Positions 35,701 through 45,667 of a DNA stretch of 64,000 bases are shown piece after piece. The DNA is taken from sequence record MW825358.1; one strand, written 5' to 3'. The position numbers were made by a program, and so were the translations under genes. The number at the start of each line of letters is the position of its first letter. Within the stretch, counting starts at the first letter, position 1. The notes beneath the pieces are model-generated. The model worked only from the letters and a program-made list of their open reading frames with translations, was not told the origin of the DNA and ran no database searches.

Positions 35701-36555
35701 GGCCTTGTTCAACATGATCGTAAAGGCCAGGCTCTCACCTTCCACCGCAGTGGGGGCGCCTGTGATATTGACCACCGGCGGGACATGATCAATGATCACG
35801 CCTTCCAACACCGGCGCGCCACCGACCACGTAATCGCCGGCGGCAATGGCCACCGTCACGGTCTTGTTGCTACCTGAGGCTTGAACAAAGTGCGTGGCCA
35901 CCCGGAAGTCTACCGTGGTCTGACCGGCCAGCAGCGTCACGCTATCAGGTGCGGTATAGTCCGTCCCACGTACAGCTGTACCGCCATAAGTCAGCCCCAT
36001 GACCAGATCTGAATCACTGACCTTGTTGGAGGTGATGGTAAAGGCCATCTCCTGACCTTCTTCGGTATTGCTGCCACCGGCCAGCGCGACCACCAACGGC
36101 GGTTCGGGCAGTTCAGCTTCCGGGTCCAGAATAACCACTTCAGCCGAGCCGATATAGGCTAAACTGGTGGCCTTAGTCGCCAGGGTAATGGTCACCGGAT
36201 AATTGGCAGGATCCACTTCAATGGAGGAGACCTCGATGTCATCCTCAGAGATTCCAAAGCCGTAACGGGTATTGATCAGCTCGACCAGGTCCAGCGTGGA
36301 ACCAATGGTTTCAGGATCGTTAAAGCTCAGACCCACGCTCTGAAAGATACGCGTGAGGTCCAAGCGGGTGTAATGGGCCAGTTCCTTTTTCCCATCCGGG
36401 TATTGGATACTGACTGTGGTGTTATAGGCGGTACCTGCAATGGGTGCAGGGGTTCCGAAGATCAAATCGGTTTCAGTGTAATCGGTTTGCTTAAGGTCAT
36501 TGACCAATTGCACTAAAAGCGATTTGCTTCCTTGACTGAAGTCGGTATTTGACAC
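32755..36555 (-). CDS. Large putative tail fibre with Calx-beta-like repeats and a BNR/propeller-like C-terminus
   Basis: MSNTDFSQGSKSLL N-module; four repeats of EG..L.FTV.L...Y.GTA..G.DY; DDH/GH motif region. Confidence 0.75.
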   Translation of the reverse strand: MSNTDFSQGSKSLLVQLVNDLKQTDYTETDLIFGTPAPIAGTAYNTTVSIQYPDGKKELAHYTRLDLTRIFQSVGLSFNDPETIGSTLDLVELINTRYGFGISEDDIEVSSIEVDPANYPVTITLATKATSLAYIGSAEVVILDPEAELPEPPLVVALAGGSNTEEGQEMAFTITSNKVSDSDLVMGLTYGGTAVRGTDYTAPDSVTLLAGQTTVDFRVATHFVQASGSNKTVTVAIAAGDYVVGGAPVLEGVIIDHVPPVVNITGAPTAVEGESLAFTIMLNKAAVIDTQVELSYSGSATRNLDYTAPSSVLIAAGASSASLVIQTLTDDVFEGDETIEITIVTGAGDYTLGVNASATGTILGDAPPVASISGTPSVEEGGSLTFTVSLNRPVPYNVVVPATYSGTAVNNTHYANAPASVTIAAGQTSVALTVPGKLDLVEDGNHSLIATIGSGSGYTVGTASATGTFTDYILPEVTISGSPSGVEGSSLVLTVSLNKATKAALTIGAQYSGTATRGSDYNAPNSLNIGVGGTTVNLTIATIDDTEVESSETVIATLLAGTGYKLGGTISATATITDNDVPPVVYPYNGVESSMATGWAFHRLTGTYTGPLFEITRLADAAVLQVYTPDTEIESFLNGGIGDVTKVYDQFNNGEVVGGSPNMRVVKSQGRWGGLSRGINQSATTSALGKLSGVSGIAAALIISNAPKQQSGEVFTVKVAAGSSTSQARYLFRTKTPLGWGLQGRKLDGSPPNPESNTNSTSNGQLLFKPSMKIIGLLDYTNGYLRIWQDGATTPQHARDTYYTAGGVSSETVPSSATLNVTHGAVVHEFLLTRANLDNGLQAKITGQHAAFFGSELQMDIPDASWTYQNEPMMLVIGNKVVSGSVSHTGRNNVAQLNKATGEVEQYVSLGVAGGMDDHAPVAMCLTPSGKLFATYAGHSTSASVKIARGTSTDPNSLVIGSVNARGTTAYANAFTAGGKTCILTRNINGGGLPWLWELLVSSAADDGQFAAGGYVSWRLVGCPDQFYLSPVVLDDGKTVRFYCFKNSDSSTNAIRVADLNVETGVLTSNGVELNNFSNNPDTYTDYESQWAQIQSPATYQTQGQDRIAFWGADKTSHWFGIYNSTGNFGELYYSYLTNTTQPHLAASWTTTKVCNIYPPAGSIRVMGRARKVLVGTTNPRMIVSNSNAYDGSLSTLEQWDAPNTNGTGVWTKTRTLDQISSVNDNKVCMPVLVPNGDGQGVYGKYKKGLFTEYYSYFNREAYLKN

Positions 36556-36645
36556 GGCAGGGGTTTCCTTCTTATTACAGGGAAAGGCATACGATAGGGC
36601 AGCATAAACCCCACTCCTGTGAGGGAGTGGGGGCTATGGTCCTTC

Positions 36646-38745
36646 TTAACCAATTCGTTCCAGAACCAAAATACTCAGATAAGCGTAAATGGTACTGTCG
36701 CTGCCGGAGGAGGTCAGCGCAAATTCCAACTCGCCAGATGAGTTGGGGGTCCAATCGGTTTGTTCAAAGCGCCACTGATTCGTCCCGGCGGTCTTGGCAC
36801 TGGCCGCATCGTAGCTACCGCCCGTACCAGAGCCCTTGGTGACTGCCACGTTGGTGATACGGTTGGTGGCCGACATATTCGTGTCAGCGCGCAACGACGC
36901 CAGCACTACGCGATAAGCACCTCCCGGAGCCAATCCTGAGAATTGCATCCTCACCGGCACGCTACCACGGATATAGGCAAATCCGCTCAAGTCATTTGCG
37001 TAGATGTCCGGCTCGTAGTGACGATCTGTCCCGCCATCCGCACTACCACCAAAGTAAGAACCTCGGGTATCACGGTTGGTCAGGGTCAACACCACACCGG
37101 TGGGTTCACCTGCGGTGGTCAGTGCGTTACTCAACAGGACCGAACCAATCGGGCGGTCTGAACCGCTTGAGTTGGTGGCGACCTTGTTCACACCCGGAGT
37201 GCTGGCCTTGCTAGAAAGACCGAATGACGCACGGATCTTATCGCCTACATCAAAGCTATCGACCGGAGGTGAGGTGTCACCGGCATCGGTGTAGGTACCT
37301 GTGGCACTAAAAGTTGCGCCACGCACGTAACCATCGCCAGTAGTGTTAACGCTCACGATCAGAGTCTTATCGCCATCTGCGGCACCATCGGCCAGACCTT
37401 GAACCGAGAACGTCGTACTGGTTTGATTGGCCGGGATAGTGACCTCAGAGGGTCCTGCGACATAGTCTGTTCCCACCGTCGCAGTACCGCTGTACTGCAA
37501 GGTGACACGGCACGGCCAAGGCACTGCTGCGTCCAAAGTTACCGTGTACTGCAAGGCACCGTTCTCAGCCACAGGTGTGTTGACCACAGCGATCGTAGCG
37601 GCCGGCCTTGGGATATATGGGTTCTTGGCAATCCGTGCAGGCGCCACACCGGTTCGGCCGGGAATGGCAACGGTATCTGCAATGTGCCTCCAGTAACCGG
37701 TCACACCTGCAGGGAGGTTGTGGATGTTATCGGGCTGAAGCCAGATGACATTGTTATTGTAGGTCAAGGGGTAAGACTCAGACCAAGGCTTGTTTGTCCC
37801 TGCGAACAAGTACTTACCACGGGCTGCATTGATGACATCGATGATGTGTTCGTTGTAGGGCAACGAGCCTGCGGCCTCATTGGCGTAGGTCGTATTGTCA
37901 TAGTCACGGAAGGTGGCATCTGACAACATCACATCGTAGCCTTCAGCTTCCAGCTGATCCCAAATGTAATTCAAGTCTGCCTTAACGGAAGCCACATACG
38001 TGGATTCTTGCGCACTGGTGTAGGGACGACGATCGGTTACATCGTTACCGATGATCGAGCCAATCCAAACCTTGGTGCTCTTGTTAGAGGGGAACCCTGC
38101 GGCCTTGATCGCTGCAATTTTGGTGGCGATATTAGCGCGCAAGTTAGACGTGCGTGCACCGCCATCTGCCAATTCCAACAAACCAGGTCGGAACCCGGTG
38201 GCCGCCTCAACGCGATCCAAGAAGGCAGTCTTATTGGCAGCCGGAGATAACGCATAATCTTCCAGACTTGCGCCGAGGATTACCAGGTTCTCCAAAGGAA
38301 CAAAGTCTGATAATGCCGTCAGCGTCAATGCCGACTGTCCGATATAAGCCAGGCTGCTTGAAAGTGCAGTCATGGTGACTTGCGCTGGATGCTGTATGTT
38401 GCCAAAATCGAGCTGACTCAAACTCACATCTTCAACACCCAGGCTAAAACCAAAGCGTTGGTTGATCAGATCTAACACATCCTGAGTCTCTACGAGATTT
38501 TCAGGATCAACAAAAGACATGTCTAGCGTTTCAAACAAGCGTTCCAAGTCTAGTCGAGTGTAGTACGCCTGCTCTGCATAATGATCGGGGTACTGGACAC
38601 GCACAACTGTGTTGTACGAATCACCCACTACAGGCGCAGGTTGACCAAAGAGCAAGTCTTGTTCGGTATAGGTGGTTTGTTTGAGATTGTTGATGAGCTG
38701 GACTAGAAGTGATTTACTTCCCTGACTGAAGTCAACATCTGACAT
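36646..38745 (-). CDS. Putative tail fibre with SGNH/GDSL-like esterase and one Calx-beta-like repeat
   Basis: MSDVDFSQGSKSLL N-module; ILGASL, GND, DNIHN. Confidence 0.75.
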   Translation of the reverse strand: MSDVDFSQGSKSLLVQLINNLKQTTYTEQDLLFGQPAPVVGDSYNTVVRVQYPDHYAEQAYYTRLDLERLFETLDMSFVDPENLVETQDVLDLINQRFGFSLGVEDVSLSQLDFGNIQHPAQVTMTALSSSLAYIGQSALTLTALSDFVPLENLVILGASLEDYALSPAANKTAFLDRVEAATGFRPGLLELADGGARTSNLRANIATKIAAIKAAGFPSNKSTKVWIGSIIGNDVTDRRPYTSAQESTYVASVKADLNYIWDQLEAEGYDVMLSDATFRDYDNTTYANEAAGSLPYNEHIIDVINAARGKYLFAGTNKPWSESYPLTYNNNVIWLQPDNIHNLPAGVTGYWRHIADTVAIPGRTGVAPARIAKNPYIPRPAATIAVVNTPVAENGALQYTVTLDAAVPWPCRVTLQYSGTATVGTDYVAGPSEVTIPANQTSTTFSVQGLADGAADGDKTLIVSVNTTGDGYVRGATFSATGTYTDAGDTSPPVDSFDVGDKIRASFGLSSKASTPGVNKVATNSSGSDRPIGSVLLSNALTTAGEPTGVVLTLTNRDTRGSYFGGSADGGTDRHYEPDIYANDLSGFAYIRGSVPVRMQFSGLAPGGAYRVVLASLRADTNMSATNRITNVAVTKGSGTGGSYDAASAKTAGTNQWRFEQTDWTPNSSGELEFALTSSGSDSTIYAYLSILVLERIG

Positions 38746-38816
38746 AGTGGATTTTCCTGGGGAAAGGTGTGTGATAAGACCCGGGCTTTCAACAAAGCCC
38801 GGGTCTGTGCTGCTAA

Positions 38817-40586
38817 TTAAGACAATCTTTCCAATGCCACAAATGCCAGATAAGCAAAGCCAGCCCCACCTGTGGGAGCAACCTTAATCTGGATTATGTT
38901 GTCCACCGGCTGAATGGTCTGATCATAGTACCAGTTGTTGGTTCCTTCCGTCTTGGCACTGGCCGCGTCAAACATGCCGCTTGGACCCACACCCTTAGTG
39001 ATGGACACATCCGCACGGCGATTGGTCGCGGTCATACTCGTGTCGCTGCGCAAACCGCCCAAGACGACCCGATAGTTACCGGCAGGCAGGTTTTCAAAGG
39101 CCACCTCGATATAACCGGCGTTTTGAACATACCAGCTAATGAAAGCATCGTCGCCTTGCACATACGGCAGGAACTCACGCCGCACACCTGTGTAGCTGCC
39201 TGACTGCGGAGCTTTGATCATACGTGCCAAGGCATAGGTGAGTTCGCCATCGGTGTTGAACACGTCTTGCTTGATCAAGGTTCCGCTTGGGATACCGCCC
39301 GGTGTGACCGCATTGGCGTTGGCCAACAAGTTGCTGCCCGGTGAGGGGACCTTGTCCTGGAAACCCAAACTAAACCGCAGCATCTTTCCAACGTTCAAGC
39401 CGTTGGGATTGATAACAGGCACCAGGTCTCTTGCCGTAGGTGCCACGCCGGTGACCCAAGGGGTCAGCAAACGATCCACCAAGCGCTGGCGCCACTCGAC
39501 ACGTCCAGGGTCGGCAATGGGGTGAATGTTGTCCACACCAAACCAACGCTCGTAGTTCAAGCGCGTCCACGTATAGTAGTCCGCCCACGGCGTACCGTCG
39601 CTGTACAAGAACTTCCCACCAGCCCGCTCGGAGATAATCGGCTTGATCACCGCCTCGTTCCACGGCAATGAACCGTTTTGCGGATAGGCCACAGTGGTGT
39701 TGTCATAGTCGCGGAAAGAAGTCGTCACCAACTGCCATTCCCAGCCACGGGCCTGGATCTTATCGATCAAGGTATTGAGCTGTGCCTTAAACGTAGCAAC
39801 CTTACTTGCGTGGGTGGTGGCGTTATAAGGACGGTTGTCAGTAACATCATTGCCCAGCGGGTGCAACAAGACCTTGGTGGAGGCATCATTGAGGACCGAG
39901 GCGGGAAGCGTGGCGATCTTAGCATCAAAATCATTGTAGATATTGATCAGGTTCGCACCTGAGTCAGCCAGCTCGTAAACCTCAATGGTTTGTCCGGTTT
40001 GATCTAAGACCCGCTGCTTCACCGCCGCGATTCCATCGCTTTGGAACATGGCATCTTCAATGCTGGCGCCTAAGATGACCAAGTTCTTCATTGGGGTAAA
40101 GGTGGGGACTTCAGGCTCGGGTTCCGGGTCCGGATCAGGGACAATCACCACGGGCGCGGTAAGGGTCAGGGTGGATTGTCCAATATATGCCAGACTGGTC
40201 GGCAGGGCCACCAGTGGAATCAAGGCGGGGTATTGCAGATTACCCAGATCCGTCTCAGGGGTCTCTACGTCTTCGATCCCCAGGCCGTAACCGAAACGCT
40301 GGTTAATCAAGTCCAACAGGTCCTGTGTCTGCCCGAGTGTCTCAGGGTCTGTAAAGGACATATCGGCAGTTTCAAACAGCCGCTCTAAATCCAGTCGTGT
40401 GTAGTGCGCCTGTTCTTCATTCAGATCAGGGTATTGAATGCGCACGGTGGTATTGAACGAGTCACCTGTTGCCGGAACAGGGGTACCGAAAGTCAGATCC
40501 TGTTCACTGTAGGTGGTCTCCTTAAGGAGGTTGACCAGTTGGGTGAGCAAAGACTTACTTCCTTGAGAATAATCAACCTCTGACAT
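38817..40586 (-). CDS. Putative tail fibre with SGNH/GDSL-like esterase
   Basis: MSEVDYSQGSKSLL N-module; ILGASI, GND, DNIHP. Confidence 0.75.
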   Translation of the reverse strand: MSEVDYSQGSKSLLTQLVNLLKETTYSEQDLTFGTPVPATGDSFNTTVRIQYPDLNEEQAHYTRLDLERLFETADMSFTDPETLGQTQDLLDLINQRFGYGLGIEDVETPETDLGNLQYPALIPLVALPTSLAYIGQSTLTLTAPVVIVPDPDPEPEPEVPTFTPMKNLVILGASIEDAMFQSDGIAAVKQRVLDQTGQTIEVYELADSGANLINIYNDFDAKIATLPASVLNDASTKVLLHPLGNDVTDNRPYNATTHASKVATFKAQLNTLIDKIQARGWEWQLVTTSFRDYDNTTVAYPQNGSLPWNEAVIKPIISERAGGKFLYSDGTPWADYYTWTRLNYERWFGVDNIHPIADPGRVEWRQRLVDRLLTPWVTGVAPTARDLVPVINPNGLNVGKMLRFSLGFQDKVPSPGSNLLANANAVTPGGIPSGTLIKQDVFNTDGELTYALARMIKAPQSGSYTGVRREFLPYVQGDDAFISWYVQNAGYIEVAFENLPAGNYRVVLGGLRSDTSMTATNRRADVSITKGVGPSGMFDAASAKTEGTNNWYYDQTIQPVDNIIQIKVAPTGGAGFAYLAFVALERLS

Positions 40587-40614
40587 ACTTTCCTCAAGTT
40601 AAAAGAGAATCATA

Positions 40615-40651
40615 GCATAAGCCCGCCCCTAAACAGGGGCGGGTCTTATAC
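40615..40651. terminator. GCATA..hairpin..TATAC element
   Basis: CCCGCCCCT-AAAC-AGGGGCGGG. Confidence 0.7.
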
Positions 40652-40656
40652 GGTCG

Positions 40657-42729
40657 TTAGGTAAAACAGCTCAGTTCCAGCTCCTCATCTAAGAACTCAT
40701 TTAACGCCGATTCAAAGCTGATTACGTTATCGCGATCATCATCGTGCTGAGATTCCATCGAGGCCACATAGCTGTCCATCAACTTCGCAGCTTCTGTATC
40801 ATAGTCAGAGCCCATGATCGCCGCCACCTGTTGTTTGGACCATTCCAAGATGTCATTGGAACGGGTGGAGATATTAGGCTCATCTCCTGTGTCTAGCAAG
40901 ATGAACACAAACTTCACTGGAGTGTCTTGACCCAGACGATCCACACGGGCCTTGGCCTGTGTCAGCTCGTGGGTACGGAAAGGCGAGTTCAGAAAAATCT
41001 CTTGATCGGCCATGACCAGTGGGACTGCGGTGGACAGTGAAGGGTAGGTGGCTACCAACGGATTGACCGAGGCATCATCTTCAAAGGCCCCCACGTTGGA
41101 CACCAGGTGTTTGTTGGTTTCCCCGTAGACCAACATCGGGGTATGCCCACCCTTACGTAGCTGTGCATCCAACTGCTTGACCACCTCCACATAGGAGGTA
41201 AAGATCACCGTCTTTTTCTCAGCCTCTTCCATGATCTTGTCAAAGGGGATATGCGGGAGCATGTCCACATGCACTTGACTGCGGGCCTTACCCAGCACCG
41301 AGCCCAGCGCCTCACCCATGACTTTCAAGTTCACGTACTTGATCACTGACTTGGCGCCCTTGAAGGCTTTACGGTCAGCCAGAGACAAGGTAGGCATGAT
41401 CACCTTTTCCTCGTACTGGTTACAGAACTTCATCTGATCGCCAGTAAAGCGCGGATCAGGGGTGCGCTTGACCACAGCGACTTGACGACGGTACTCGCCA
41501 AAGGAAGCCTTGTCCTTGCTGTCTTTAAGGGTGGCCTCAAAGTGGGACAGACAGCCTTCGTAGATGTCCTCGTAGGTCTTGTAGTTTTTCTTGTAATAGG
41601 CTGTACGTTCTGAGATAAAAGCCGTCATGCGCTGACGCACTGCATCCAGGGTATAGTCACCTCCGTTGGGGATCTTCACCCGGATCGTGCGCTCGGTAGG
41701 CTTGTTATCGACCACCGCAGTCTTTTCGACCTTAAAGGTGATAAAGCCCATGCGGTTTTTCAAGATGTCTAAGGCACGCTGTGCATTGATACCAAAGATC
41801 TGACGGAAGCGGGCTTCGGCCTTGGCATCAAACAATGGGTCAATCGTCTTGAGCAGCGGAATGCACTCCCCACCTAGGGCTTTGATCGGTGTACCTGAGG
41901 CCCAGATCACATTTTCAGACTTAGTGATCTCACACAGCTCAATAAACAGCTGGGTGCGTTGAGACTTAATCTCATTGAAGTTGTGGGACTCATCTAAGAT
42001 CACCGTGACCTTACCGTTGAGCTTGCGCGCCTCCACCAACAATCTGGCCATACCTTCATAATGGGTCAGCAAGAACCGCTCGCCCTTGTACGGCTTGTCC
42101 TCACCTGCAATCCAGATCGACTGCGGCTCTCGATACTCACGCTTAGAGTTACCAGCAATAGCTTCATGCCACACGCGATAGACCGCGTTGTTAGGACTGA
42201 CGATCACTACAAAGTCAGAGTGGACCATCTCGGCCAACATCAGATCCATCAACGTCTTACCGCTACCGGCTGCCGCAGAGAGCAGATAACCCTTCAACCC
42301 CAAGGCTGTGCGGCCATACTCGTAGAGATTAAAGAAGTCCAACTGATGGGGTAAGGGGGTCTTGAAGAACAGCTTGAGCCGGCTGCGGTCCAAAACCTTA
42401 GGATGTTCTACGTCGGGCTTGAGATTGGCCAACCAGGTGTTGTCCTCCAGCTGCTTGATCGCCGATTGAATGGCAGACTTGCTGGTCCAGTTCCGGCGGT
42501 TCTTCAGCAACTGCTGGAGCATGTAATGGACTTCCAGTGCAAAGAACAACTGGAACTCGATTAGGCGCCGACCAAACTGGGCGAACATGTTGGCCACAAT
42601 CTTGGAGGTGCCCCAATGGTTTTGGATATCCCGAGACAGGGAATCGGTGGCCACACCGCCAATTTGAATCAGGTCATTCTTTTGCTCCACGTGAATGATT
42701 CCGAGGAGTCGTTTAAACAGTTGTCCCAT
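40657..42729 (-). CDS. Superfamily 2 (SNF2/DEAD-like) helicase
   Basis: SAAAGSGKT, ILDESH, ASGTP, QAKARVDRLGQ. Confidence 0.9.
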   Translation of the reverse strand: MGQLFKRLLGIIHVEQKNDLIQIGGVATDSLSRDIQNHWGTSKIVANMFAQFGRRLIEFQLFFALEVHYMLQQLLKNRRNWTSKSAIQSAIKQLEDNTWLANLKPDVEHPKVLDRSRLKLFFKTPLPHQLDFFNLYEYGRTALGLKGYLLSAAAGSGKTLMDLMLAEMVHSDFVVIVSPNNAVYRVWHEAIAGNSKREYREPQSIWIAGEDKPYKGERFLLTHYEGMARLLVEARKLNGKVTVILDESHNFNEIKSQRTQLFIELCEITKSENVIWASGTPIKALGGECIPLLKTIDPLFDAKAEARFRQIFGINAQRALDILKNRMGFITFKVEKTAVVDNKPTERTIRVKIPNGGDYTLDAVRQRMTAFISERTAYYKKNYKTYEDIYEGCLSHFEATLKDSKDKASFGEYRRQVAVVKRTPDPRFTGDQMKFCNQYEEKVIMPTLSLADRKAFKGAKSVIKYVNLKVMGEALGSVLGKARSQVHVDMLPHIPFDKIMEEAEKKTVIFTSYVEVVKQLDAQLRKGGHTPMLVYGETNKHLVSNVGAFEDDASVNPLVATYPSLSTAVPLVMADQEIFLNSPFRTHELTQAKARVDRLGQDTPVKFVFILLDTGDEPNISTRSNDILEWSKQQVAAIMGSDYDTEAAKLMDSYVASMESQHDDDRDNVISFESALNEFLDEELELSCFT

Positions 42730-42834
42730 GGCCGTAAATCCACAAAGTCGATGTTAAGAAGTATACATAAGATCGGCATAAACCCCCGCCGCTTTGGCGG
42801 GGGCTGTGTGGTCCATTGAAAGAAAAGTCAACGC

Positions 42835-42849
42835 TATATTACTCTATTG
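42835..42849 (+). promoter_or_regulatory. Putative phage early promoter
   Basis: TATATTAC (identical to the phiKZ early consensus)-TCT-ATTG with AAAGAAAAG upstream. Confidence 0.65.
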
Positions 42850-42885
42850 AGCTGTCACTCAACAAACTAACATTGGAGTTAACTA

Positions 42886-43500
42886 ATGTCCACCCAGGCT
42901 AGCCTGCAATCCCCGCCTTCAAAGTCCCTTGCCCAGTGGCAGGACCTGTTTAGCAAAATAGATCTACTGAGCCATTATCGCTTGCGCAAACAACACATCG
43001 CGCAAGTGGGGTTTCCGATCGTGACCTTAGAAGTGCTGCGGGCCTTGACGGTGTTCTTGCGTGGACGCAAGGTTCTGGACGTCGGTGCCGGTACAGGGTA
43101 TCTGGCGCGACTACTGAGTGATCGACATATCAACATCCGTGCTGTGGATAACTTCACTGGGGTCTACGAGGGTGCTAACTGGGAGCAGCATCTGTACTTT
43201 GATGTGGAGAAGGTCAACGCACTGACCCTGCCCGAACTGTCTGACCCGCAGACGGTCATCATCATGTCCTGGCCGCCCTACGAGGACCCCTTCGCCTACC
43301 AGGTCGCACAAGCAATGAGCGCAGGGCAGTTCCTGATCTATCAGGGTGTCTGGCGTGGTTGTACGGGCGATGAAGATTTCCATACCCTGCTGGAAACGCA
43401 GTTCCATCGGTTGGAGTCCCCTGCGCTTCAGGAAGGCCATATCAACTTCCAAGGGATTTTCGATACCTGGACGATCTTCTGCAAGAAACCCTCACCTTAA
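42886..43500 (+). CDS. Class I SAM-dependent methyltransferase
   Basis: VLDVGAGTGY motif I; IIMSWPPY. Confidence 0.8.
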   Translation: MSTQASLQSPPSKSLAQWQDLFSKIDLLSHYRLRKQHIAQVGFPIVTLEVLRALTVFLRGRKVLDVGAGTGYLARLLSDRHINIRAVDNFTGVYEGANWEQHLYFDVEKVNALTLPELSDPQTVIIMSWPPYEDPFAYQVAQAMSAGQFLIYQGVWRGCTGDEDFHTLLETQFHRLESPALQEGHINFQGIFDTWTIFCKKPSP

Positions 43501-43523
43501 CCCATCAGCCACAAAGGACCTGT

Positions 43524-43943
43524 ATGTCGTCTCTACCCTATCCGGTCAATACCCTCCAGCAGGACCTGGCCTTGTTGTGCAAGAACCACTATCCCAATGA
43601 GCATCTCAGTCGCGTCGATGCTGCACGGGTGGTGATCGCCTTCCACGTTCTGCACGATGTGTCTCGCTTCAGTGTGGAAGCTGCCGCCCATTGGATGGTC
43701 AAGGAATTCATCGTCGATGGAATCGTCCTGACCAAACGCAGTGAGCTGGCGCGTTTCCTGATGGAATTCGGACGTTACGCCAAGGAAGACGCCTCCTACC
43801 ACGTCACGTTGGTGGAGGAGATCTGGTCGCGGGTTGCATTGACCCGTGCCTATGACGGAGAGCGTTACTTGCTCCCCTTCGAGTGGGTCGCGCCTGATCC
43901 GAACATCGTCACTGCTCTGGAGACTTACCGTGGCGCATCTTGA
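43524..43943 (+). CDS. Hypothetical protein
   Basis: AAGGA RBS; 139 aa. Confidence 0.7.
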   Translation: MSSLPYPVNTLQQDLALLCKNHYPNEHLSRVDAARVVIAFHVLHDVSRFSVEAAAHWMVKEFIVDGIVLTKRSELARFLMEFGRYAKEDASYHVTLVEEIWSRVALTRAYDGERYLLPFEWVAPDPNIVTALETYRGAS

Positions 43944-44175
43944 AGCTGAACGTGCAAGACTGAATCGGCGCATCCGGATCCTGCCCAAAGACGTGGCAAG
44001 GGCCTTGCGCAACTACCGCAACCACGTCACCAAGGCAGGTAAGACGCCTGACATTGCCATGACCTTCGTCCCCCGCGGTAACGCGGGGTTCTTTGAACCT
44101 GCCGATGTGGTCCAGCGCTGCCACGCCTTTTTGGACCAGCACAACATCGCACCCTGCCAGGAGGCAGATACTTAA
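43930..44175 (+). CDS. Hypothetical protein
   Basis: GGAG RBS before GTG. Confidence 0.55.
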   Translation: MAHLEAERARLNRRIRILPKDVARALRNYRNHVTKAGKTPDIAMTFVPRGNAGFFEPADVVQRCHAFLDQHNIAPCQEADT

Positions 44176-44233
44176 GTTCCTCTAACCTGTCGATGTAATA
44201 AAGGTCAACCTTTATCTTTTCTAAGGACACTAC

Positions 44234-45667
44234 ATGAAAGTCGGTATCTTGGGCCTGCGCCCCCGCCAGATCGCAGAGCTGCAAAAGCAAAAGCTCAACG
44301 GCAACGTTTCGTTTTACAACGAGAAGACTCCTGGGGTCATCTCTGTGTTGGCCTTTGTGCGGGATATGGACATGCTGTTTGTCCAATCCCATGGACTGCC
44401 CAAGCGCGTTTATGACGCCATCCCCCACGGTGAGAATCGTTACTTCAATACCTCCGGCAGTGTCAGTTCGCTGTTGCGGGAAATGGAGCGGGTCTATGCC
44501 AAACACGAGATGGAGCTTTATACCCAACCTGTCGAGCCTGTCCCAACCAAGTCGGACAAGAAAGGCACCGCACCCGCACCCGCAGCAAAACCGAGGAAGT
44601 ACGAACCCGGTTACGTACCGGCCCCACGGGTGGTGCCGGCGACCATAGGGGACCTGCTCATCAACGCCCTTCAGGCACGCGGGGGTCAGCTTTCAGAGAT
44701 CATCCCGGAAGGCAAGACCAGTGAATACACCCGACCTGAACAGGAGTTGGTGATCCACACGGTCGATCCTTCCGGTACCACGGAAAGTTACGTGGAGACA
44801 CTGAAGAAGGCACAGATCGGACAGCCGGTGCGCTTTGAACGCCCACCGATTGACTTTTCTGAGTGGACCGATGAGATCCGGGCCTTGATCTATCACCTGC
44901 TGATGCGTCACGACGTGGATCTGGAGGCACACTTCTACACCAACTACGTGGATCTGCAACTGATGCGGGAGCAACAGCTTTCCTCGGTGACGATGTACAA
45001 AGTCAAGGCAGCGCCGGAGGCGGTGATTCCCAGCGATTCGATCCCGCCGCTGCGGGCCTCAGATATCCCTCGGGGACACGTGCCACGTTACCGCTATCCG
45101 GGTAACGATCTGACGATCCACCAGCCCAACGCAAATGGTGCGCACGGGTATGGAGTCATCGAGCAGGCATCATCTGGGATGGTGGTGCGTCTGGCACATC
45201 CGGCAGGTGTATCACTGGCTGTGTGGCGTGTGCGTCTGGCTGCCATGCGCTCCTACCTCAAAAAGCGCAGTGGGATTGTGGTCGAAACCTATTACTACGA
45301 TGGGTTTGCTGATCTGATGGTGCACTCATGGAAGAGCCTTCGCGCTCTGCCTGTTGCTGCACCGCTCACTTCTCCGGCTCCGGTGGAGACGACACCAGTA
45401 CCTGTTGTGGTAGAACGAGTGCCGGTGGAAAAGACGTCAGTCCAATCTGCACCGATCGAGGAAACTGTGGATGACCATCCTCAGGGCGATACGTCCTTGG
45501 ATATGGATCGCACGCTACCTTCAGATCCTTTTGCTGATGCAGATGAGGAGGATCGGAAGTTCTGGTCAAGTGTGTATGTGGCAGTAGTGGCCGGTTCTAA
45601 AGATGCTGATGAAGCAGCGCTGCAAGCTGACCGCGCTTTGGCGCAGTTCCGGACTCGCTTTGGTTGA
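44234..45667 (+). CDS. Hypothetical protein with an internal domain duplication
   Basis: 477 aa; AAGGA RBS; two related 80-90 aa units. Confidence 0.8.
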   Translation: MKVGILGLRPRQIAELQKQKLNGNVSFYNEKTPGVISVLAFVRDMDMLFVQSHGLPKRVYDAIPHGENRYFNTSGSVSSLLREMERVYAKHEMELYTQPVEPVPTKSDKKGTAPAPAAKPRKYEPGYVPAPRVVPATIGDLLINALQARGGQLSEIIPEGKTSEYTRPEQELVIHTVDPSGTTESYVETLKKAQIGQPVRFERPPIDFSEWTDEIRALIYHLLMRHDVDLEAHFYTNYVDLQLMREQQLSSVTMYKVKAAPEAVIPSDSIPPLRASDIPRGHVPRYRYPGNDLTIHQPNANGAHGYGVIEQASSGMVVRLAHPAGVSLAVWRVRLAAMRSYLKKRSGIVVETYYYDGFADLMVHSWKSLRALPVAAPLTSPAPVETTPVPVVVERVPVEKTSVQSAPIEETVDDHPQGDTSLDMDRTLPSDPFADADEEDRKFWSSVYVAVVAGSKDADEAALQADRALAQFRTRFG

